Below, one piece after another: positions 24,757-32,000 of a DNA stretch of 32,000 nucleotides (positions are counted from its first letter, which is position 1; each line of letters starts with the position of its first letter). The notes beneath the pieces were generated by a model, which worked only from the letters and a program-made list of their open reading frames with translations, did no database searches and was not told the DNA's origin. The position numbers and the translations under genes were made by a program. The DNA is from Candidatus Binatia bacterium (lineage in GTDB: Bacteria; Desulfobacterota; Binatia; UBA9968; JAJDTQ01): contig JAJEAI010000056.1 of the NCBI GenBank assembly GCA_022824205.1, positions 1 through 32,000 on the forward strand, given 5' to 3'.

Positions 24757-25479
24757 ATGAATCTTCTTACGATCAAACGAGAGTCGGTACCCCTGCACGC
24801 CGAAGTCGCGGCGATGCTGCGACACCAGATCCTGGCCGGCACTCTTGCCCCGGGCGCGCAACTGCCGCCGCTCAGCGAACTGACGGAAAAGCTGGGCGTT
24901 GCGCGCATGACCGTCCGGCAAGCGATGGATGCGCTGGAAGCCGAGGGGTTGATCGAACGCCATTCGGGCCGCGGCACTTTCGTCAAGCGGGTCGACCTTC
25001 CCAAGCGCCAGACACTGAACATGCAGGCGGACTTGTCGCAGCTTCAGTCGATGGTGGCTCAGTTGGAAGTCTCCGTATTGGTCGAGGAAACCCAGGCCGC
25101 GACGACGGACGAGAACGGGGTTGCCTATCGATACATGAAGCGAATTCACTCTCTTGACGGCAAACCCTTCTGTCATGTCGACCTGCGGGTGGACAACGCC
25201 CTCTACGAACAAGCCCCGGAGAGGTATTCTTCCGAAATCGTGGTCCGTGTCCTCAAGGATATGGGGATCCCGGTCGGTTCCGCGCGCCAGCGGGTGACCA
25301 TCTCGTACGCGGACCTGGAAGTAGCACAGGCCCTGGCAATCAAGGTCAACTCACCCGTATTCCGCGTGTTCCGAGAGTTCTTCGACCCCAGTGGCCGGTT
25401 GATCTACTCGGCGAACCTTGTCTATCCCGGCGATGTGCTCGAATTCGAGATGGAGTTCACGACCGACACCTCCGATTGA
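24757..25479 (+). CDS. GntR-family transcriptional regulator with UTRA-type ligand domain
   Basis: MNLLTIKRESVPLHAEVAAMLRHQILAGTLAPGAQLPPLSELTEKLGVARMTVRQAMDALEAEGLIERHSGRGTFV; upstream aaggaga. Confidence 0.92.
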   Translation: MNLLTIKRESVPLHAEVAAMLRHQILAGTLAPGAQLPPLSELTEKLGVARMTVRQAMDALEAEGLIERHSGRGTFVKRVDLPKRQTLNMQADLSQLQSMVAQLEVSVLVEETQAATTDENGVAYRYMKRIHSLDGKPFCHVDLRVDNALYEQAPERYSSEIVVRVLKDMGIPVGSARQRVTISYADLEVAQALAIKVNSPVFRVFREFFDPSGRLIYSANLVYPGDVLEFEMEFTTDTSD

Positions 25480-25514
25480 CCAACCTGTTCACCGGTAACC
25501 TTCCCGGAATTCTT

Positions 25515-25541
25515 CGCGGGGCCGTCCATGTCGGCCCCGCG
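25515..25541 (+). terminator. Stem-loop downstream of GntR gene
   Basis: CGCGGGGCCG-tccatgt-CGGCCCCGCG, 10-bp perfect stem, 35 bp past the stop; no T-tract, so intrinsic termination uncertain. Confidence 0.45.
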
Positions 25542-25712
25542 CCGCGGAGCGCAAGATCTCCGAGCTCCCCGAGCGCGGGGCTATCCAAACAAATCCATTG
25601 CATCCGTTCCCTCAATTGTACTAGTGTTCTGACAGTCTAGTTGATAGGGCCTTCGGGATGACCACCGCGCAATCGTCGCCTTGCGCGCCCGGCGCCCTTG
25701 TCGACGGTCGAA

Positions 25713-26834
25713 ATGTCTCACGTCATCAGGCAAATCGACGTAACTGTCTACCGGGCACCCATCGAAACACCGGTCATGACGTCCTTCGGCAACATGACTG
25801 ATCGGCCGGCCGTCATAGTCCGTCTCCAGGACCAGGACGGCGCCGAAGGATGGGGCGAGGTCTGGTGCAACTATCCTACCTGCGGAGCCGAGCACCGGGC
25901 GAAGTTGATCGAGACGGTATTCGAGCCGCTCTTGATCGGATACAGCTTCGAGGCTCCGCCCGAGTTGTTCGATTATCTCACCGAGCGCAGCCACGTTCTT
26001 GCAATTCAGACCGCGGAGGTCGGACCCATCGCGCAATGCATCGCGGGCCTCGACATCGCCGCCTGGGATTTGACCGCGCGGCAGGCGGGTTCGCCGCTTC
26101 ACCGGTTGCTGGGGAGCGAAGGGGCGTCGGTTTCCGTCTATGCCAGCGGCGTCAATCCGACCGGCGCCCCGGAAACGGTTGAACGCGCGCGCCGCGATGG
26201 CTATCGGGCATTCAAGGTCAAGATCGGTTTTGGCCACGACGAAGATCTGGCCGTCCTCTCGGAGGTATCTTCCGGACTGACCGATGGCGAGAGATTGATG
26301 GCCGACGCCAATCAAGCCTGGACCATCGAACAGGCGCGTCGGTTCGTCGACCGGACAGGCGACATTCCGTTGTCCTGGCTCGAGGAACCGCTTCGAGCCG
26401 ACCGGCCGGACGCGGAATGGCGCGCGTTGGCTGAACAGACGGAGATCCCCATAGCCGCGGGAGAGAACATTCGGGGACAGCGCGATTTCGAACACAAGAT
26501 AAACAGCGGCTACCTGGGCGTTGTGCAGCCCGATATCTGCAAGTGGGGCGGAATATCGGCGAACCTGCCGATAGTCCGCGGTATCCTGGCCGCCGGCATT
26601 CGCTACTGCCCGCACTATCTCGGGGGCGGGATCGGACTTGTCGCCAGCGCCCATCTTCTGGCGGCGGCCGGCGGGGATGGTTCCCTGGAAGTGGACTACA
26701 GCACAAACCCGCTGCGCGAAGGTTTGGCCGACCCTTGGCCGGCGGTGCGGGGCGGAACAATCACGCTGACCGGCGAGGCGGGACTGGGCGTAAAGCCGGA
26801 CCTCGACCGGTTACGCGAATTCGCGGTCGCATGA
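25713..26834 (+). CDS. Enolase superfamily protein, mandelate racemase/muconate lactonizing enzyme family (MR subgroup-like)
   Basis: YRAFKVKIG, LMADANQAW, PLSWLEEPL, IPIAAGENIRG, VVQPDICKWGG, YCPHYLGGGIGL. The track start 25698 gives 5 extra residues. Confidence 0.9.
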   Translation: MSHVIRQIDVTVYRAPIETPVMTSFGNMTDRPAVIVRLQDQDGAEGWGEVWCNYPTCGAEHRAKLIETVFEPLLIGYSFEAPPELFDYLTERSHVLAIQTAEVGPIAQCIAGLDIAAWDLTARQAGSPLHRLLGSEGASVSVYASGVNPTGAPETVERARRDGYRAFKVKIGFGHDEDLAVLSEVSSGLTDGERLMADANQAWTIEQARRFVDRTGDIPLSWLEEPLRADRPDAEWRALAEQTEIPIAAGENIRGQRDFEHKINSGYLGVVQPDICKWGGISANLPIVRGILAAGIRYCPHYLGGGIGLVASAHLLAAAGGDGSLEVDYSTNPLREGLADPWPAVRGGTITLTGEAGLGVKPDLDRLREFAVA

Positions 26835-26882
26835 GCGTGGTGGGTGTCATGTCTGACATTGCGATGCGTTGCGAGGCCACTC

Positions 26883-27017
26883 ATGACGGTTGAGAATCTT
26901 TTCCACATCTATGTCTCGTCGTTGAGTGGCGGCCGGATCGACGTGTTCCATATCAACGCGGATACCGGCGAGATGTCGCGGGAACCGGTCTGGGCCGAGA
27001 TCGTCGAGCTTCCCTGA
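26883..27017 (+). pseudogene. 44-aa ORF resembling the first blade of a lactonase-type beta-propeller
   Basis: Manual translation MTVENLFHIYVSSLSGGRIDVFHINADTGEMSREPVWAEIVELP*; pattern YVSxxxxGxIxVFxxxxxTGxM typical of 6-phosphogluconolactonase/carboxymuconate cyclase family N-termini. Confidence 0.5.
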
Positions 27018-27142
27018 CTCGTCCATGCGTTGAAGCGATGGCGCAATGCTGAACCTGAGTTGCGAATTGTGTTGTCATGGGACTTGTAGGACGAGAGAGC
27101 TGAAAGCCGTTGGCGAATCTGAACCTTAATTGGGAGGGACCA

Positions 27143-28825
27143 ATGTCACAAATAGCGAACGATCATATGCACGCCGACCGTGTGCCGCGGACCGGCCGTC
27201 CGAGACGCATTCGGCCCGTCGCCCACGGAATCGCGCGTAATTTCTGGGTCGTTGCCCTCGTTGGCCTGGTGCTGCTCCTGGCCTGGTCGCCGGCCCTGGC
27301 ACAGGCGGACAAGCTGGTCGCCGCGGTCAGCAAGCCGGGCACCGAGACCAACCGGTTCTGGTCCGGCAGCACCATGTGGCACGTCATGGATCCCGCCCTG
27401 GAAGGATTGCTCGACCAGGACCCCGTCACCGGCGAGAACACCGACAAGGGCCTGGCGGTGTCGTGGGAGGCCAGCGACGACTTCAAGGTGTGGACCTTCA
27501 AGCTCCGCGAGGGCGTCCAGTTCCACCATGGATGGGGAGAGTTTACCGCCGCCGACGTGGTGCACAGCTACAAGCTCCATACCGGCCCGGATGCCATCAT
27601 CCCGACGGTGGACCAGTTGAGGGGCGCCGAGGCCGAGGCGGTGGACAGGTACACGGTGCGGTTCACCTATTCCGAACCCAACAAGAACCTGCTGTTCCTT
27701 CACGGCGGACGCAGCGTGATGAAGATCTACAGCAAGGCGCAGTTCGACAAGGAGGGCCTGGAGGGCTACGACCGCAGGTTCGCCGGCACCGGCCAATATC
27801 AGTTCGTGTCGCGCAAGCCCGGCCAGATTCTCTACGAGCGGTTCGACAAGCACTATTCATCGGGGAAGCCCGACTTCAGGGTCGTCGAGTTCCGCTTCGT
27901 CGATGAGCCCGCGACCAAGCTCGCCATGCTGCTGTCGGGCGAGGCGGCCATCGCCGACCTCCCCCGCGAGCTGATGAAGGACGCCCTGGCGGGCGGGATG
28001 AAGACCGCGGAATCGGCGCGCGCCGTGATCCAGACCGACGTCGTCTTGAACGGCCTCTATTGCGAGTCGGGCGATGAGGCATGCGGCAAGCACCTGCCGT
28101 GGTACAACAGGAAGATCCGGGAGGCGATGAACATCGCCCTGAACCGGGAGGAAATGGTCCAGGTGCTGTTCCCCGGCGGCGGCGCCAAGCTGCTGCCCCG
28201 CTACGCAATGACGCCGGGCCACGAGGGTTATGATCCGACCCTGGTGGAGCGTTTCAAGAAGGAGTACGGCTACAACCCGGAACGGGCCAAGAAGCTGATG
28301 AAGGAGGCCGGCTACCCCGATGCCTTCAAGGACCCGACCATCCACTTGGTGCTGAAACCCAGCGCCGGCGTGCCTGAAGTCGCGTTGCAGATGGAGCTCA
28401 TCCATCAGTACCTGACGGCGGTCGGTTTCAAGGCGGAGCTCCGGGAGATCGATCACGCAACGGTCGGCGCCATGGGCCGCGCACGGAAGGCATACATCAT
28501 CCATCCAAGCAAGAACGCTCCGCCGCGGCCCACCGAAGTCGCGTTCCGCGCATTTTATTCCAAGCCGGGCGGCCCCTACCAGGGATGGGAAGACGACTTC
28601 ACGAGCAGCAACATCAAGGCGTTCCGGGCCGAGCGGGACCCCGAGAAGCGCGATGCCATTGCCCGCAAGCTATTCAACTACCTGTTCGAACAGTATGTGA
28701 GCATGCCCATGTTCGAACTGCGGACGCAGTTGGCCTTCAACCCCAAGATGGTAGCGTCGTGGCAATTCCCCGGCGTGACCTCTACCGGCTACGGTCACTG
28801 GCACACGGTAAAGGCCGCGAAATAG
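27143..28825 (+). CDS. Dipeptide/oligopeptide ABC transporter substrate-binding protein (family 5)
   Basis: FWSGSTMWHVMDPALEGLLDQDPVTGENTDKGLAVSWEASDDFKVWTFKLREGVQFHHGWGEFTAADVVHSYK; start moved to ATG 27143 with gggagg upstream. Confidence 0.93.
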   Translation: MSQIANDHMHADRVPRTGRPRRIRPVAHGIARNFWVVALVGLVLLLAWSPALAQADKLVAAVSKPGTETNRFWSGSTMWHVMDPALEGLLDQDPVTGENTDKGLAVSWEASDDFKVWTFKLREGVQFHHGWGEFTAADVVHSYKLHTGPDAIIPTVDQLRGAEAEAVDRYTVRFTYSEPNKNLLFLHGGRSVMKIYSKAQFDKEGLEGYDRRFAGTGQYQFVSRKPGQILYERFDKHYSSGKPDFRVVEFRFVDEPATKLAMLLSGEAAIADLPRELMKDALAGGMKTAESARAVIQTDVVLNGLYCESGDEACGKHLPWYNRKIREAMNIALNREEMVQVLFPGGGAKLLPRYAMTPGHEGYDPTLVERFKKEYGYNPERAKKLMKEAGYPDAFKDPTIHLVLKPSAGVPEVALQMELIHQYLTAVGFKAELREIDHATVGAMGRARKAYIIHPSKNAPPRPTEVAFRAFYSKPGGPYQGWEDDFTSSNIKAFRAERDPEKRDAIARKLFNYLFEQYVSMPMFELRTQLAFNPKMVASWQFPGVTSTGYGHWHTVKAAK

Positions 28826-28847
28826 GAGTGTAATCTCTCGTCCGAAG

Positions 28848-28876
28848 GGCGGGCACCCGGGACCGGGGGGCCCGCC
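28848..28876 (+). promoter_or_regulatory. GC-rich stem-loop between binding-protein and permease genes
   Basis: GGCGGGC (28848-28854) pairing with GCCCGCC (28870-28876). Confidence 0.5.
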
Positions 28877-28894
28877 TTCCTTCCCAAGGGGCAA

Positions 28895-29815
28895 ATGAAA
28901 CGATACCTGGTTATCCGAAGTCTGCAGAGCCTGCTCGCGCTTTTGGCCATCAGCGTCATCGCGTTCGCCATGTCCCACCTCACCGGGAGCCCCGTGGACG
29001 CCATGCTCCCGGATGACGCCGGACCCGAGGAGGCCGCGCGGCTCACCAGGCTGTGGGGCCTCGACCGGCCCCTCTACGAGCAGTACTTCGTGTTCCTGGG
29101 CAATGCCCTTCAGGGTAATTTCGGCGACTCGATCAAGTGGCAGGGTCAGACAGCGTTCGGCCTGGTGCTTGAACGGCTGCCGGCGACCATCCAACTCGGC
29201 GGGTTCGCCATCATCGTCAGCACGATCATCGCACTGCCCGTGGGCGTCCTCGCGGCGGTCTACAAGGACACCCCTTTCGATTCCGCCGGCAAGCTCGTGG
29301 CCCTGCTCGGTCAGGCCATGCCCAACTTCTGGCTCGGCATCGTGCTGATCTGGATATTCGCGGTGCATCTCCACTGGCTGCCCACGTCCGGCCGCGGCGG
29401 GTTCAGCCACATGATCTTGCCGGCCATCGCCATGGGCTGGTTCCAGGTCGCGGCCTTCATGCGCCTGACCCGCTCCGCCATGCTGGAGGTGCTGGACAGC
29501 GAATACATCAAGCTGGCTCGCATCAAGGGGGTCCCGGAACGCCGGGTGATCTGGGTCCACGCCCTGAAGAACGCGGCAATCGCGCCGTTGACCTATTTCG
29601 GCGTCATCGCCGGCTCCATCTTCACCGGTTCGGTCGTGATCGAGACCGTTTTCGCCTGGCCGGGCACCAGGTTGCTGGCCATCGATGCGATTCGGGGCCG
29701 CGATTTTCCCGTGATCCAGGCGGTCGTGGTCACCTTCGCCGGCGTCTTCATCGTCGCCAACCTGATCGTCGATACGCTCTACGCCTATCTCGATCCACGC
29801 ATCCGCTACCAGTAA
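28895..29815 (+). CDS. Dipeptide/oligopeptide ABC transporter permease (DppB-like)
   Basis: 306 aa; MKRYLVIRSLQSLLALLAISVIAFAMSHLTGSPVDAMLP; RLTRSAMLEVLDSEYIKLARIKGVPERRVIWVHALKNA. Confidence 0.93.
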   Translation: MKRYLVIRSLQSLLALLAISVIAFAMSHLTGSPVDAMLPDDAGPEEAARLTRLWGLDRPLYEQYFVFLGNALQGNFGDSIKWQGQTAFGLVLERLPATIQLGGFAIIVSTIIALPVGVLAAVYKDTPFDSAGKLVALLGQAMPNFWLGIVLIWIFAVHLHWLPTSGRGGFSHMILPAIAMGWFQVAAFMRLTRSAMLEVLDSEYIKLARIKGVPERRVIWVHALKNAAIAPLTYFGVIAGSIFTGSVVIETVFAWPGTRLLAIDAIRGRDFPVIQAVVVTFAGVFIVANLIVDTLYAYLDPRIRYQ

Positions 29816-29833
29816 TCGGGAACGGAGCCTGGA

Positions 29834-30733
29834 GTGACCGGCGCACCTCTTACTGCTGATCGGCCTAACGACGAGGATACCGGGAGAAAGCCGGGCCTCT
29901 GGCGCGGGCTTCGCCGACTGCCGTTGATCCCGATGTTCGTGCTCGTGGTATTGCTCGTCATCCCGGCGCTGAGCGCGGATTGGCTGGCGCCCCACGACCC
30001 CATCCGCGGTTCCATCCCCGACCGGCTGAAGCCGCCGGTGTTCTTCGGCGGCACGTGGGAGTTTGCTCTCGGCACCGACCGCCTCGGGCGGGATATCCTG
30101 AGCCGCATCATGCACGGCGCCAAGGTGTCGCTTTCCATCTCCATCGCCGGCATTTTCGCCGGCGGCGTTCTGGGCACCGCTCTCGGGCTGGTCGCCGGCT
30201 ACTTCCGGGGCCTGGCCGATGCGATCATCATGCGGCTTGTCGACATCACCATGGCGCTGCCCAGCATCCTGCTGGCCCTGGTGCTGGCGGTGACCGTTGG
30301 GCCGAGCTTCCAGACCATCATCGTGGTGGTGACCTTCGTGCTGTGGGCGCTCTACGCCCGCCAGGTCCGGGGGGAGGTCCTGAGTATCCGCGAGCGGGAC
30401 TTCGTCGCCCGGGCGCGCGTGGCGGGGGCATCGGATTTGCGCATCATCGTCCGGCACATCCTGCCCAACGCCGCCAACACCATCATCGTGCTGGCGACCC
30501 TGCAGGTGGGTTCGGTGATTCTGTTGGAAGCGGGATTGAGTTTCCTCGGGGTCGGCATCCCACGACCCACTCCGGCCTGGGGACTGATGGTTGCCGACGG
30601 CCGACAGCTCATCGTCAGCGCCTGGTGGATCGCCTTCTTCCCGGGCCTCGCCATTACCCTCACCGTCTTCGCGTTGAACCTGCTCGGCGACTGGATGCGC
30701 GACAGGCTGGACCCCAGGCTGAAGGAAGTGTGA
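29834..30733 (+). CDS. Dipeptide/oligopeptide ABC transporter permease (DppC-like)
   Basis: 299 aa; LGTDRLGRDILSRIMHGAKVSLSISIAGIFAGGVLGTALGLVAGYF; RVAGASDLRIIVRHILPNAANTIIV; EAGLSFLGVGIPRPTPAWGLMVADGR. Confidence 0.93.
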   Translation: MTGAPLTADRPNDEDTGRKPGLWRGLRRLPLIPMFVLVVLLVIPALSADWLAPHDPIRGSIPDRLKPPVFFGGTWEFALGTDRLGRDILSRIMHGAKVSLSISIAGIFAGGVLGTALGLVAGYFRGLADAIIMRLVDITMALPSILLALVLAVTVGPSFQTIIVVVTFVLWALYARQVRGEVLSIRERDFVARARVAGASDLRIIVRHILPNAANTIIVLATLQVGSVILLEAGLSFLGVGIPRPTPAWGLMVADGRQLIVSAWWIAFFPGLAITLTVFALNLLGDWMRDRLDPRLKEV

Positions 30734-31752
30734 TGCGCAGCCCTTCGGAACGACCGGCCCTTGAAGTCAGGGACCTCGAGACCCGCATCGACACCAAGCT
30801 CGGCCTGATCAAGGCGGTGGACGGCGTCTCGTTCTCGGTCGACCACGGCGAGACTCTCGGTATCGTCGGCGAATCCGGGAGCGGCAAGAGCATTGCCGCC
30901 CTCAGCATCCTGCGGCTGGTGCCGAAGCCCGCCGCGTACATCGCCAGGGGACAGGTGCTCCTCGACGGCGAGGACCTGCTGGAGAAGAGCGAGAACGAGA
31001 TGCGCAAGGTGCGCGGCAAGCGCATCTCGATGATCCTGCAGGATCCGCAAACGTCGCTGAATCCCGTCTTTTCCATCGGCTTCCAGGTCGTCGAAGCCAT
31101 CGGCATGCACGCCGACGCACCGCGCAAGACCCTGGTGCGGCGAGCGGTCGAGGCCCTCCGCCGGGTTCGCGTCGCCGATCCGGAGCGCCGCGTCGACGAT
31201 TTCCCCCATCAGATGAGCGGCGGCATGAAGCAGCGGGTCGTGGGCGCCATCGCCCTGGGCTCGTTCCCGAGCGTTCTCATCGCGGACGAGCCGACCACGG
31301 CGCTGGACGTCACCATCCAGGCGCAATACCTGCGGCTGCTGAAGGACATCCAGCAGGAAACCGGTCTTTCCATCATCTTCATCACGCACGATTTCGGTGT
31401 CGTCGCGCGCATGTGCGACAAGGTGGCGGTTATGTACGCCGGGCGCGTGGTCGAATACGGTCCCGTGCGCGAAATCTTCAACTCCCCGGCGCATCCTTAC
31501 ACGAAGGCGCTCCTCAACTCGGTGCCGGCCGTCGAGGAGGACGTTGACCGGTTGTATTCAATCAAGGGCCAGCCGCCGGCGTTCTGGGACATGCCGAAGG
31601 GATGCCGGTTCGAGCCCCGCTGCGACGTGGCCATGGAGCGCTGCAAGACGGAGTATCCGGCCAGGCTCGCAAAAGCCGCGACCGGGAGCGGCGGTCACTA
31701 CGCCGATTGCTGGGCGCTGGAGGAGCCGGAGTGGATTCCCAGCCGGTCCTGA
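30733..31752 (+). CDS. Dipeptide/oligopeptide ABC transporter ATP-binding protein (DppD-like)
   Basis: 339 aa; Walker A GESGSGKS, signature MSGGMKQR, Walker B VLIADEPTTALD, C-terminal Cys motif CRFEPRCDVAMERC. ATG overlaps upstream TGA. Confidence 0.94.
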   Translation: MRSPSERPALEVRDLETRIDTKLGLIKAVDGVSFSVDHGETLGIVGESGSGKSIAALSILRLVPKPAAYIARGQVLLDGEDLLEKSENEMRKVRGKRISMILQDPQTSLNPVFSIGFQVVEAIGMHADAPRKTLVRRAVEALRRVRVADPERRVDDFPHQMSGGMKQRVVGAIALGSFPSVLIADEPTTALDVTIQAQYLRLLKDIQQETGLSIIFITHDFGVVARMCDKVAVMYAGRVVEYGPVREIFNSPAHPYTKALLNSVPAVEEDVDRLYSIKGQPPAFWDMPKGCRFEPRCDVAMERCKTEYPARLAKAATGSGGHYADCWALEEPEWIPSRS

Positions 31753-32000
31753 AGCTAAACGAAGTCACCAAGCATTTCCCGGTGACCAAGGGCCTGATCT
31801 TCGCCAGGACGATCGGCCATGTGCGCGCCGTCGACGGGGTGACCCTCGACCTCGGCCAAGGCGAGACCCTCGCGCTTGTCGGTGAATCCGGCTGCGGCAA
31901 GACGACCACCGCAAAGCTCATCCTGCGGCAGGAAACGCCGACCTCCGGCAAGTTGGAATTCGAGGGTGAGGACGTCCATGAGATGACCGGGACCGCGCTC
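31731..32000 (+). CDS. Dipeptide/oligopeptide ABC transporter ATP-binding protein (DppF-like), truncated by window edge
   Basis: Manual translation from GTG 31731: MDSQPVLKLNEVTKHFPVTKGLIFARTIGHVRAVDGVTLDLGQGETLALVGESGCGKTTTAKLILRQETPTSGKLEFEGEDVHEM...; GGAGG at 31719-31723. Confidence 0.88.
   Translation, partial: MDSQPVLKLNEVTKHFPVTKGLIFARTIGHVRAVDGVTLDLGQGETLALVGESGCGKTTTAKLILRQETPTSGKLEFEGEDVHEMTGTAL

Noticed and set aside
25621-25645. ctagtgttctgacagtctag resembling the MITE end
   Set aside because: Only the first few bases agree with the 13916 element; no paired inverted copy seen nearby.
28670-30457. 595-aa minus-strand ORF opposite the Dpp-type permeases
   Set aside because: Antisense artefact spanning several genuine plus-strand genes.

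Overview
GC-rich 32 kb bacterial window with dense coding. From left to right: (1) a Rieske ring-hydroxylating dioxygenase beta/alpha pair on the minus strand; (2) a VapBC-type toxin-antitoxin pair; (3) a plus-strand catabolic cassette alternating two family III CoA-transferases with two hot-dog (MaoC-like) hydratases; (4) an isolated TctC-type binding protein and a TenA/PqqC-like protein; (5) a probable membrane-lipid remodelling locus: GT4 glycosyltransferase, PEMT-like methyltransferase, class III aminotransferase fused to a membrane domain, and a PlcP/LpxH-like metallophosphoesterase, followed by polyphosphate kinase and an MgtE transporter; (6) an uncharacterised membrane-anchored protein, small proteins and a DUF3108-like protein; (7) a truncated alpha/beta hydrolase and a Bcr/CflA-type MFS transporter; (8) a polar amino-acid ABC importer (binding protein plus two permeases, no ATPase in the window) and a GntR/UTRA regulator; (9) a mandelate racemase-subgroup enolase-superfamily enzyme, a 44-codon remnant resembling a lactonase propeller N-terminus, and a Dpp/Opp-type ABC transporter running off the right edge. 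The non-coding sequence contains several dispersed repeats, including a roughly 211-bp MITE-like element with 31-bp perfect inverted ends, a cluster of GGATTCCCGC repeats at the 3' end of the glycosyltransferase gene, and small palindromes. No rRNA, tRNA, CRISPR array or phage was recognised. The strongest candidate for a new system is the lipid-remodelling locus with the aminotransferase-membrane fusion; the second is the interleaved CoA-transferase/hydratase cassette in which one transferase appears to lack the catalytic Asp. All assignments come from reading motifs by eye; no database search was run.
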